Positions 38,252 through 45,788 of a stretch of 64,000 nt of DNA are shown here, piece by piece. The notes under the pieces were generated by a model, which saw only the letters and a program-made list of their open reading frames with translations, ran no database searches and was not told the DNA's origin. The translations under genes and the position numbers were made by a program. Numbering within the stretch: the stretch's first letter is position 1; every line of letters starts with the position of its first letter. The stretch covers positions 234,834 through 298,833 of IMG/VR virus record IMGVR_UViG_3300042350_004528; one strand, given 5' to 3'.

Positions 38252-38701
38252 CTATTTTAGGGCCTCAAATTCCATTTCTTCTGGAGTTAATAAACCCTTA
38301 TTATATTTCTGAACTCGATCGAAATACCTTTGTTTTACTTTACTAGATATTGGTATCGGGTTACCTTCTTCGTCAATTCTAACAAATTTAATATTTGTGT
38401 ATGTCACAATTTCTTGTGTGCCCGTGTGAACATTGTGTTTTCTAACTTCAATATATAGGGATAACGATGTTTTACCAAACTCTAAAACTTTACCATAAAT
38501 TTTAAGCAAATTATTAACCTTAACTGGTTTTTTAAAAACCAGTTGATCAATCATAATAGTAACAACTCTTGGGGTATCACAAATCTGAGCGGCGTAAGCT
38601 GCTGATGCGTCATCTATTAATGACACCAAAGTACCCCCGAACATATTATCATGGACTCCAATGTCGCCTTTTTTACAGATATACGTTGTGATTAATTCCA
38701 T
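38252..38701 (-). CDS. Acyl-CoA thioesterase (HotDog fold)
   Basis: NMFGGTLVSLIDDA, FKKPVK, FVRIDEEG; start placed at MELIT. Confidence 0.85.
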   Translation of the reverse strand: MELITTYICKKGDIGVHDNMFGGTLVSLIDDASAAYAAQICDTPRVVTIMIDQLVFKKPVKVNNLLKIYGKVLEFGKTSLSLYIEVRKHNVHTGTQEIVTYTNIKFVRIDEEGNPIPISSKVKQRYFDRVQKYNKGLLTPEEMEFEALK

Positions 38702-38776
38702 GCGACAATAGTAATAAAAAATGTGGATAAAACAAATAAAAAAAGGGTAAAATATTTTACCCTTTTTAAATTTCTG

Positions 38777-39152
38777 TGGAGTCGGAGGGATTCGAACCCT
38801 CGTCTCGTTTAGCCATTCAATAATTCTCATTCACATGCTTAGTTCATTTTTCTAAACAAACAAAATATTTGTCTTCACTAACCCAGAAGTTCAATAAAAC
38901 TGGAATACCTTTTTTGGAGTTCCCACCTCCCACCTGGCATCTAAGGGTTTTTGCAGTTTTAACTGACAGTTGTTGGCTTACGCCAATTCGTAGTCTGCAA
39001 ACTCAACTGGCTGACCGTTCAACACGATGTTGCCTTCAGCGTCAATGTAGCTTTCGCCATCTGAAATTGTGTATAGGTTATTTAAGTGTTTCCGATACTA
39101 ACACCACATGCAAATTAAAGAACGAATCTACCGATCGATTCCAGTCGACCCC
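38777..39152 (-). ncRNA. ssrA: tmRNA; tag ORF 39058-38978 = GESYIDAEGNIVLNGQPVEFADYELA*
   Basis: 5' GGGGTCGACTGGAATCGA; 3' T-arm GAGGGTTCGAATCCCTC + CGACTCCA with G3:U70. Confidence 0.92.
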
Positions 39153-39183
39153 ATATGTATAAATACCGTAATATTTTACTTTG

Positions 39184-39267
39184 TACCGAGGATGGGAGTC
39201 GAACCCACACGGCCTTTTGGGCCAAGGGATTTTAAGTCCCTCATGTCTACCATTCCATCACCTCGGC
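39184..39267 (-). tRNA. tRNA-Leu(TAA)
   Basis: AGGGA-CTTAAAA-TCCCT, long variable arm. Confidence 0.92.
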
Positions 39268-39318
39268 ATTACGATGATTTACACCACAATATTACGAAAT
39301 TATTTTTAAAAAACAAAA

Positions 39319-39891
39319 TTATTTTCTAAATAGAAACGCATTTTTTATTCCAGGTATCATTGATTCAGAATAAAATGAAATATTTTCTTTTAAACCGTAA
39401 TATGTTTTAAAATTAATCACGTTATCTTCATTATCTTTTTTTATTGAAAATAAAAATGGTGCGTGTGTTTCAAATTCTTTTATTTCATATGTTAAATTAT
39501 ATTTTTTGATTAAATCGTTAACAGCGGTTACCGATCCAGTAAAATAATAATCAACATCAAAACCTAATGATGTTATATCATAACCAATTATTACAAAATT
39601 TAAATTATCATCATTATTGAGATAATCAGCGTAAATTTTTATACCCACAATATTTTCATGTTCATCTGTTTTAATCGCATATTGTTTAAATACTGGTTTA
39701 TCTAATATATTAAACATAGCATTAATATCATGAACTCTACTTTGTAAGTCATCAATATTGTCTATCAAATAATATTGGCTGTTAAGTTTTTCAGTTGTGG
39801 TTAAAAACTTAGCAAAGTTATTATCCCCAGTTGATGCCTTTACATCACCATTCAGATCAATGTAAAAATCTTTGAAGTCTGTTATTTCCAT
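39319..39891 (-). CDS. Hypothetical protein
   Basis: 190-aa ORF. Confidence 0.55.
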   Translation of the reverse strand: MEITDFKDFYIDLNGDVKASTGDNNFAKFLTTTEKLNSQYYLIDNIDDLQSRVHDINAMFNILDKPVFKQYAIKTDEHENIVGIKIYADYLNNDDNLNFVIIGYDITSLGFDVDYYFTGSVTAVNDLIKKYNLTYEIKEFETHAPFLFSIKKDNEDNVINFKTYYGLKENISFYSESMIPGIKNAFLFRK

Positions 39892-39928
39892 AAAACAAAT
39901 ATAAACAATTTTTTTTAAAAAACAAATG

Positions 39929-39999
39929 TTGTCGGGGGTGGATTCGAACCACCGTAAACTCCTTCAAAGGGAGTTGTCCTGCCGCTAGACGACCCGACA
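39929..39999 (-). tRNA. tRNA-Gln(TTG)
   Basis: ACTCC-CTTTGAA-GGAGT, U1-A72. Confidence 0.9.
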
Positions 40000-40005
40000 A
40001 TTTAG

Positions 40006-40091
40006 TACCTGGAGAGGGATTCGAACCCTCACGCCCCTTTCAGAGCACTGGATTTTAAGTCCAGCGTGACTACCAGTTCCACCATCCAGGC
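40006..40091 (-). tRNA. tRNA-Leu(TAA)
   Basis: CTGGA-CTTAAAA-TCCAG. Confidence 0.92.
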
Positions 40092-40096
40092 ATTTG

Positions 40097-40177
40097 TACC
40101 CTCGGTCGGATTCGAACCGACACGCCTCGCGACACTGGTTTCTAAGACCAGCGGGTCTACCGTTCCCCCACGAGGGC
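40097..40177 (-). tRNA. tRNA-Leu(TAG)
   Basis: CTGGT-CTTAGAA-ACCAG. Confidence 0.92.
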
Positions 40178-40182
40178 ATTTG

Positions 40183-40255
40183 TGGCTTTAACAGGATTCG
40201 AACCCATACTTTATCGTCCGTAGCGATAAGTGCTATCCAGTTACACCATAAAGCC
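40183..40255 (-). tRNA. tRNA-Arg(ACG)
   Basis: TATCG-CTACGGA-CGATA. Confidence 0.9.
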
Positions 40256-40262
40256 ATAAAAT

Positions 40263-40295
40263 AAAAAACCCTGAGTTGCTTAGCACCCCAGGGTT
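40263..40295 (-). terminator. Intrinsic terminator of attenuator C
   Basis: AACCCTGGG...CTCAGGGTT + U tract immediately upstream of tRNA-Arg. Confidence 0.8.
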
Positions 40296-40320
40296 GATTT
40301 TTCATAGTTAAAATCTTTGT

Positions 40321-40401
40321 TTACATATGAACATAGCTTACCCCAGGCTCTTTTGTCAAGAGTTGTAATTGTAACTGGCGTTGTAAGCTTAGTGTTCTCA
40401 T
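40321..40401 (-). CDS. Leader peptide C (26 aa) MRTLSLQRQLQLQLLTKEPGVSYVHM
   Basis: 11 of codons 4-15 are Leu/Gln/Arg(CGC), matching downstream Leu(TAA,TAG), Gln, Arg(ACG). Confidence 0.8.
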   Translation of the reverse strand: MRTLSLQRQLQLQLLTKEPGVSYVHM

Positions 40402-40442
40402 GTCTATATAAATATGTTCGTTTTTAAAAAAGTGCAACTATC

Positions 40443-40524
40443 GGACTAACCTTTACAAACTTTCCGAAGAAAGCTTTTGGGGTTGAACCAAATTTAACCA
40501 GAGTTAGTTGCTGAATTTAGTCCC
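40443..40524 (-). ncRNA. Stem + TTCAGCAA motif small RNA candidate
   Basis: GGACTAA/TTAGTCC closing stem, TTCAGCAA after the 5' arm, starts just after a TAnnTTTG promoter. Confidence 0.55.
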
Positions 40525-40580
40525 AATTGCGATACAAAGATAAGAAATGTTTTTTTAATAAACAAGTATTTTTGAAAATT

Positions 40581-41621
40581 TTATTTATTATATCTGTTGA
40601 ATGAGTTTTGCGATATTTCAATACACTCTGGCTTACCCACAAACTCATTCAAGTTAAGCGCATCGGTATAGCTCATAGCAGATTTAAGATAGTGTGAAAA
40701 ATTTTCAACCCAACCTGGTATTGTATATTCAACTTTTTGTTTTTTGACAATACCCTCGGATGTTTTAATGTCACTCTTACCCCAATCTCTTTGAACCTCT
40801 TTGGTTGACATACCTCTGAATGATTTATACAACGGTATATCGCAATCCAAATAATTTCTGGCTATTTGCGAATATTGATCAATAATTTCACCACTATCAT
40901 TTGTAGTTGTCCCAGAACTTTCCAAAGCCTTATTGAAAATAGAACCCAACATGACGTAATCCGCACCGAGTGCCAATGCTTTGATAACATCCGAATATTT
41001 TTTAAAGCCGCCGTCAGCAACAATTTTGGCTGGTTCCATTAATGTACACGATTCAGAATATACTTCTCGAATCAGGGATGCCATAGGGAAACCGATACCA
41101 GTTTGTACGGTTGTTAAACAACCACCACCGTTACCAATACCAATTCTAACATAGTCAGCGCCAGCAATGGACAAATCAACATATGTTTGTGGGTTAGCAA
41201 CATTTCCAGCCATTATAACTAGTTCGGAGCGGTATTTGTTTTTCGCTTCATTTACAGCATCTATCAAAGCTGGCATGTGCCCATTTGCCACATCAATCAA
41301 AGCATACATTGTTGCACCACGATTATAACTATCGGGTGTGTTTTGTAAAAAAATTTGTTTAAACTCAGTCAATCCATATGACCTCCAACAAACTGGTGAT
41401 GTTGATATATCATCACTATAACTATGTGGTTTCCTAGGTAGGATTACCCTGATATGATTATTAATAAAGAAATCAGCATTTTCATCACTAACCACAGTAT
41501 CCATTGGTGCGGTAAAAATTGGCAACATATCCATATTGTCCAAAATCTCGATTTCGGATCTGGTGTTGATTCTTGTTCTAACCGCAGGTTTAATCAGGAT
41601 GTCATCAAAGTCAATTTTCAT
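40581..41621 (-). CDS. IMP dehydrogenase / GMP reductase family protein
   Basis: FDDILIKP, TAPMDTV, IDVANGH, GNVAN, IGIGNGGGCLT, IVADGG, VMLGS, FRGMST, SAMSY. Confidence 0.9.
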   Translation of the reverse strand: MKIDFDDILIKPAVRTRINTRSEIEILDNMDMLPIFTAPMDTVVSDENADFFINNHIRVILPRKPHSYSDDISTSPVCWRSYGLTEFKQIFLQNTPDSYNRGATMYALIDVANGHMPALIDAVNEAKNKYRSELVIMAGNVANPQTYVDLSIAGADYVRIGIGNGGGCLTTVQTGIGFPMASLIREVYSESCTLMEPAKIVADGGFKKYSDVIKALALGADYVMLGSIFNKALESSGTTTNDSGEIIDQYSQIARNYLDCDIPLYKSFRGMSTKEVQRDWGKSDIKTSEGIVKKQKVEYTIPGWVENFSHYLKSAMSYTDALNLNEFVGKPECIEISQNSFNRYNK

Positions 41622-41648
41622 TCTTTTTCGTGTTTAATAAAAAATAAT

Positions 41649-42257
41649 TTATAAAATATAAAAGTCGTTTACTTCGTGCCTTCTAATTTTACGGTAACCA
41701 AATGAAGTTAAGTATTCTTCAATTTCGGGATCGTTAAAATTGTTTTCAATGCAAAACAATCTGACATTCCATTTTGCGATATCAAAACCCTTTAAAACAT
41801 TTAATTCCGTACCCTCGGTATCAATTGATATAAAATCGATACGATTTATCCAATTAAAATCAGAAATTATATTATCTAAAGTGCGTTCGGGTACTTTAAT
41901 TACATTTATTTGCGGATTATAAATAGCATGAGATAAAATTAATCTTTCATCAATTTCCAACCCACTTATCGCCGTTTGGTTACCACCATCTAGAGTAACT
42001 ACATTAAATTCTACTTCTTTATTATTATGTAACCCAACCGCACAATGAACTGTATTTGCACGATTTTGTTGAAGTAATGGAATCATTTTTGGATTGGCTT
42101 CCACACAAATACATTTCCAACCATTTTGTTCAAAATGATAAGTATTAGACAAATCTATACCATCGGTAGCACCAATGTCTATACAAATACCTTTATATGT
42201 TGGGTCAAAATATTTAGCGATAAAAACATCTTCGCCAAATTGTGAATAAGAGTGCAT
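41649..42257 (-). CDS. FkbM-family methyltransferase
   Basis: YSQFGED, IDIGATDG, VEANP, IDTEGTELNVLKG. Confidence 0.9.
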   Translation of the reverse strand: MHSYSQFGEDVFIAKYFDPTYKGICIDIGATDGIDLSNTYHFEQNGWKCICVEANPKMIPLLQQNRANTVHCAVGLHNNKEVEFNVVTLDGGNQTAISGLEIDERLILSHAIYNPQINVIKVPERTLDNIISDFNWINRIDFISIDTEGTELNVLKGFDIAKWNVRLFCIENNFNDPEIEEYLTSFGYRKIRRHEVNDFYIL

Positions 42258-42324
42258 ATTTTTAGTGATTTTTTTTAATTAAAAATTATAAAACCCCCAA
42301 GCTATTAACCTGGGGGTTTTGAAC

Positions 42325-42675
42325 TTAGATACCGTAACGTTCCATCAATCGGCCAACGGTTCTTGCCGATACACCCAAGGCTTCTCCTGTTCTTGTTTTA
42401 ACATAATCGTTTTGTTTCAAGATACGAGAAAAAGTTTTCTTGTTGATAGACGAGATGTATTGTGCACGATTGTACATATTTGTTGGCACAACACGTTCAA
42501 TAACGACTTCACCCTTTCGGTTTTTGGTTACATTATATTCGTAACCAGAGTTGTTATTGGTAATTGCGTTAACGGTGTTAACGACTTCGTTGCGATTGGC
42601 TCCAGAGAGTTTCATCGACTCACCAGCGACCATCGACTTGATGGCGGCTGACAAGGTTTTGTTGGTGTTAGACAT
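42325..42675 (-). CDS. Small protein with C-terminal Fis-type HTH
   Basis: TRTGEALGVSARTVGRLMERYGI. Confidence 0.6.
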   Translation of the reverse strand: MSNTNKTLSAAIKSMVAGESMKLSGANRNEVVNTVNAITNNNSGYEYNVTKNRKGEVVIERVVPTNMYNRAQYISSINKKTFSRILKQNDYVKTRTGEALGVSARTVGRLMERYGI

Positions 42676-42742
42676 AAATAATGATTTTATAAGACAATAA
42701 TAAGAAAGAAAGTTTGAAATACCAAATATTGGTGAAAAAAAG

Positions 42743-42816
42743 TTGGCGGGATGGGACTTGAACCCATGACCTTGACCTTATAAGAGTCCTGCGCTAACCA
42801 ACTGCGCCACCCGCCA
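42743..42816 (-). tRNA. tRNA-Ile(TAT)
   Basis: GGACT-CTTATAA-GGTCA, A73. Confidence 0.85.
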
Positions 42817-42823
42817 GTCGAAT

Positions 42824-42898
42824 TGGAGCGGTAAGACAGAATCGAACTGTCGTCCTCAGCTTGGAAGGCTGATGTAATAGCCACTATACGACTACCGC
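42824..42898 (-). tRNA. tRNA-Gly(TCC), CCA encoded
   Basis: TCAGC-CTTCCAA-GCTGA, U73. Confidence 0.92.
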
Positions 42899-43175
42899 AA
42901 GATGCCTCATTCTGGGGTTTGATTGAGGTCTAGTTACATCGGTTTCTTTCGCTGTTTCAAGAACCTGCCGCACTTCTGCTGGTAAAACCCGTCAACACTA
43001 CTCGGCGGAGATGTGTCGCTCTCCGTTACTCCGACCCCCAGCATTTTAACTATAAAGGCTCATTACCACCCTATGAGCGGATGATTGCTCTCCAGTACAG
43101 TTTTCGGTTACCATCTGGGTATTAACCGTGATCCTTTAGTGAGATCCAAACACTCTGAGTACCCCTTACTCGTTG

Positions 43176-43248
43176 AGCGGTAGACAGGATTCGAACCTGC
43201 GACCCTCACCTTGGCAAGGTGATGCTCTACCAACTGAGCTACTACCGC
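43176..43248 (-). tRNA. tRNA-Gly(GCC)
   Basis: TCACC-TTGCCAA-GGTGA. Confidence 0.92.
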
Positions 43249-43362
43249 TTAAAAGACAGCCCACAACGTCCACATTATACCGTTGGTGGGGAATGACGAC
43301 CAGTCAAGTTGTGGTTCTTACTTTATGTCGCCTGCAACAGGTGCCACCCACTTCTGTCTTAG

Positions 43363-43452
43363 CACTCGACATGGGAATCGAACCCACCACCCTTAGCGCA
43401 CCACTGTTATGGTGATTCGAACACCGCTACTAAGGGCTGACCCCAATCGAGT
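43363..43452 (-). ncRNA. tRNA-like RNA with two T-loop hairpins and no D arm or anticodon
   Basis: ACTCGAT/GTCGAGT acceptor; GGTG-TTCGAAT-CACC and GTGGG-TTCGATT-CCCAT. Confidence 0.6.
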
Positions 43453-43665
43453 AAGTTGGGGAACCTATTTACAAGCTTTTGGTTCCCCGATTGATCAAGT
43501 TATTTAATTATTTTAACCTCAAATAAGGCATTCACATCGCCAATAAAGGGGATCGGCTTTAAGGTTTAACCGCCATAACTCTCAGATACGCTCGTCATGT
43601 GACTCTTTCTCCGTTTATTTTAAGATGCACGGATCCCTCTCTGATGGGAGTACAAAACATCTGCT

Positions 43666-43743
43666 TGGTTGCGGGAACGGGATTCGAACCCGTGTAATTC
43701 GGCTTATGAGACCGAGCTGGAACCAACTCCAGTCCACCCCGCA
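43666..43743 (-). tRNA. tRNA-Met(CAT), atypical, CCA encoded
   Basis: TCGGT-CTCATAA-GCCGA; fMet-like 5' end, extended D-stem. Confidence 0.85.
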
Positions 43744-44285
43744 GTAATGAAAGGCTCTGAATCGTCCCTGCGCCATTCTCAGGAGAGCCTTTCGGTTTTA
43801 AATAGATTCGGCGATCGATTATTCCCACTGATATACCTAAGATTCGTTAGATCATAGTAACCATCCACAATGGGCCTATACTCTTACACTCCGTCCGTAT
43901 TTACTCACCTAATCAAATGCGTCATAGGTATTTCAGATACAGCGTTCAGTGCTACCCTCAGGACTTCTTCACCCTACCCCCATAGTTACGTGGCAGATCT
44001 CGCTCGGAAGAAAAGAGCGTGTATCGTAGAATTGTCCAGTATTTCTACGACTTGTGGATTACAACACGACCAATTAAGGCCCCTTACCCTCTCAATCCAT
44101 AATGAGGGACTCGGTCATACTCGTTCCCAACGTATCCGACTGAACTTCCCCATGTCGGTAAACCCCGTTTATTAGAGGTTATACGAATTTCACTTCTTGT
44201 GTGACCTTCCCCATAGCCTTGGAGCCTTCTAGCCAGGTTCACACACCATAACGGATGAGTACGTCCGTTAATCGTGGGGTCTTTT

Positions 44286-44377
44286 GCTGATTAAAGGGAA
44301 TTGAACCCAATCCTCCAGCCCTGTCCACTTCTATCCTGAAGCAACTAGGGCCAGTGTGCCCATTACACTATAACCAA
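44286..44377 (-). ncRNA. tRNA-like RNA with a 24-nt insert replacing the anticodon loop
   Basis: TTGGTTA/TAATCAG acceptor, GTGT/ACAC D-stem, GGCCCT/AGGGCT stem, GGG-TTCAATT-CCC T-arm. Confidence 0.6.
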
Positions 44378-44426
44378 TCGAGAGTTTCGAACCTCTCAGA
44401 CTCAAGTTAATTACTCTTGAGTTTTG

Positions 44427-44498
44427 TAGCGGGGGTGGGAATCGAACCCACGACCTCCAGGTTATGAGCCTGGCGAGCTACCTCTGCTCTACCCCGCA
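44427..44498 (-). tRNA. tRNA-fMet(CAT)
   Basis: U1xU72 mismatch, A11-U24, CCAGG-CTCATAA-CCTGG. Confidence 0.88.
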
Positions 44499-44504
44499 AT
44501 GTTG

Positions 44505-44576
44505 TACTCCCTACGGGAATCGAACCCGTCTTTTCAGGATGAAAACCTGATGTCCTAACCGATAGACGAAAGGAGC
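44505..44576 (-). tRNA. tRNA-Glu(TTC)
   Basis: TCAGG-TTTTCAT-CCTGA. Confidence 0.92.
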
Positions 44577-44953
44577 GTAAATTGATGATTCGACCACATT
44601 TCTTACCAGAGCGGAACTAAGGGGTCTATTGGTACCGTACCCTCATGCACTCGATTGGGATTGCAGCCCCGTGAGTCTCCCGATGCGCCAGATTGTCTTT
44701 CCTATACTTTCGCTAACCTATCTGTTATTGGGTTCTGGCAGTGTCCCAGTTAGCATACTCCCATAGTACTTTTTCCTCATCAATTCTTTTTTTTTGCCTT
44801 TACCTTTCAAAGACTAAGTAGGTTTAGTTGCGGACTTTCACGTCTTATGCGTCCATAAGACTCCTTCCTCTGAGTGCTTCTCTTTTTACAGTCTTTAAAC
44901 TATCAAGGTACGTTATCTCAGTTTTCAACACAAAACCACTGTGTTAGCAATCG

Positions 44954-45027
44954 CGATCCCGATAGGATTCGAACCTATGACCTACTGCTTAGAAGGCAGT
45001 TGCTCTATCCAGCTGAGCTACGGGATC
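44954..45027 (-). tRNA. tRNA-Arg(TCT)
   Basis: ACTGC-CTTCTAA-GCAGT. Confidence 0.92.
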
Positions 45028-45036
45028 GTAAATTTC

Positions 45037-45098
45037 GGGTTGATCTTTTTAGTCGGATTTACAAGTCTGATTTTTTAAGATTTGCTGAACTCAACCCC
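45037..45098 (-). ncRNA. Stem + TTCAGCAA motif small RNA candidate
   Basis: GGGTTGA/TCAACCC closing stem, TTCAGCAAA, internal CAGACTTGTAAATCC resembling the Tyr anticodon arm with one extra nt. Confidence 0.55.
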
Positions 45099-45116
45099 AA
45101 TAAGTAAATAAAACAC

Positions 45117-45235
45117 AGGATGCGTTTATACGTGCTCTAACCAACTGAGCTATCGACCTCATACGAAGCCGAGTGGGACTCGAACCCACGACCCCGAGGT
45201 TGACATCCTAAAGTTTAATTTGCGGAATGCATCCT
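45117..45235 (-). ncRNA. Circularly permuted tRNA-like RNA (YrlA/Y-RNA-like)
   Basis: AGGATGC/GCATCCT terminal stem + TTCCGCAAA; T-arm precedes D-arm; acceptor stem closed by a GTAT loop. Confidence 0.75.
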
Positions 45236-45249
45236 CTTTGTTTTATTTG

Positions 45250-45321
45250 CGGTCTATGCGGGAATCGAACCCGCCTCACCGCCGTGACAGGGCGGCATCC
45301 TAGCCGATGAACGAATAGACC
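45250..45321 (-). tRNA. tRNA-Asp(GTC)
   Basis: CCGCC-CTGTCAC-GGCGG, G73. Confidence 0.92.
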
Positions 45322-45327
45322 GTTTAG

Positions 45328-45449
45328 AGCCCAGAGCTGGATTCGAACCAGCGCCTTTTTTTTCCATAAAAAATTGTTAGATAGTGATTTGCTGAAATCA
45401 TCCACACTGGATGACTCTTTTTTTAATGCTACCGCTACACCATCTGGGC
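45328..45449 (-). ncRNA. tRNA-like RNA with anticodon arm replaced by a hairpin + TTCAGCAA module
   Basis: GCCCAGA/TCTGGGC acceptor, D-loop-like segment, TCATCCA-GTG-TGGATGA hairpin + TTTCAGCAAA, GCTGG-TTCGAAT-CCAGC. Confidence 0.7.
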
Positions 45450-45453
45450 TTTG

Positions 45454-45527
45454 CTCCCCCGTCAGGGCTCGAACCTGAGACCTACTGATTAACAGTCAGT
45501 TGCTCTAACCAGCTGAGCTACAGAGGA
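45454..45527 (-). tRNA. tRNA-Asn(GTT)
   Basis: ACTGA-CTGTTAA-TCAGT. Confidence 0.92.
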
Positions 45528-45710
45528 ATATTTGATGGTGTCACAACTATATACCATCAGCTACGGAACCCTTCTGTTAATAAGTAAGTAGGAGATTTAA
45601 AAATCTCGTCCGTATCAAATCCACGCCATTGGTTACGTTGTCTCACGACAAGAGGCTTTACCAAGGCAAAGTTTTAATTTTTTCACCAATATGTCAAAGA
45701 ACAATCTTTG

Positions 45711-45783
45711 AGCCACATGACGGGATCGAACCGCCGACCTACTGATTACAAATCAGTTGCTCTACCAGCTGAGCTAATGTGGC
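45711..45783 (-). tRNA. tRNA-Thr(TGT)
   Basis: ACTGA-TTTGTAA-TCAGT. Confidence 0.92.
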
Positions 45784-45788
45784 ATCTG

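Noticed and set aside
38869-39329. Plus-strand ORFs 38869-39162 and 39108-39329
   Set aside because: Antisense to tmRNA and tRNA-Leu.
40097-40177. Suppressor tRNAs or stop-codon recoding (anticodons TAG, TAA, TGA)
   Set aside because: These are Leu and Ser anticodons; suppressors would be CTA/TTA/TCA. Long ORFs are intact in code 11, so there is no sign of recoding.
39985-40305. 106-aa minus-strand ORF
   Set aside because: Runs through terminator C and the tRNA array; spurious.
44380-44425. Isolated T-arm-like hairpin GAGAG-GTTCGAAA-CTCTC plus an adjacent hairpin
   Set aside because: No acceptor stem; at most a tRNA fragment.
44800-44880. GAGGAAG...GTGAAAGTCC as RNase P RNA or group II intron
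   Set aside because: Only a short motif plus one hairpin; no matching RNase P P4 3' strand and no intron domain V found by eye.
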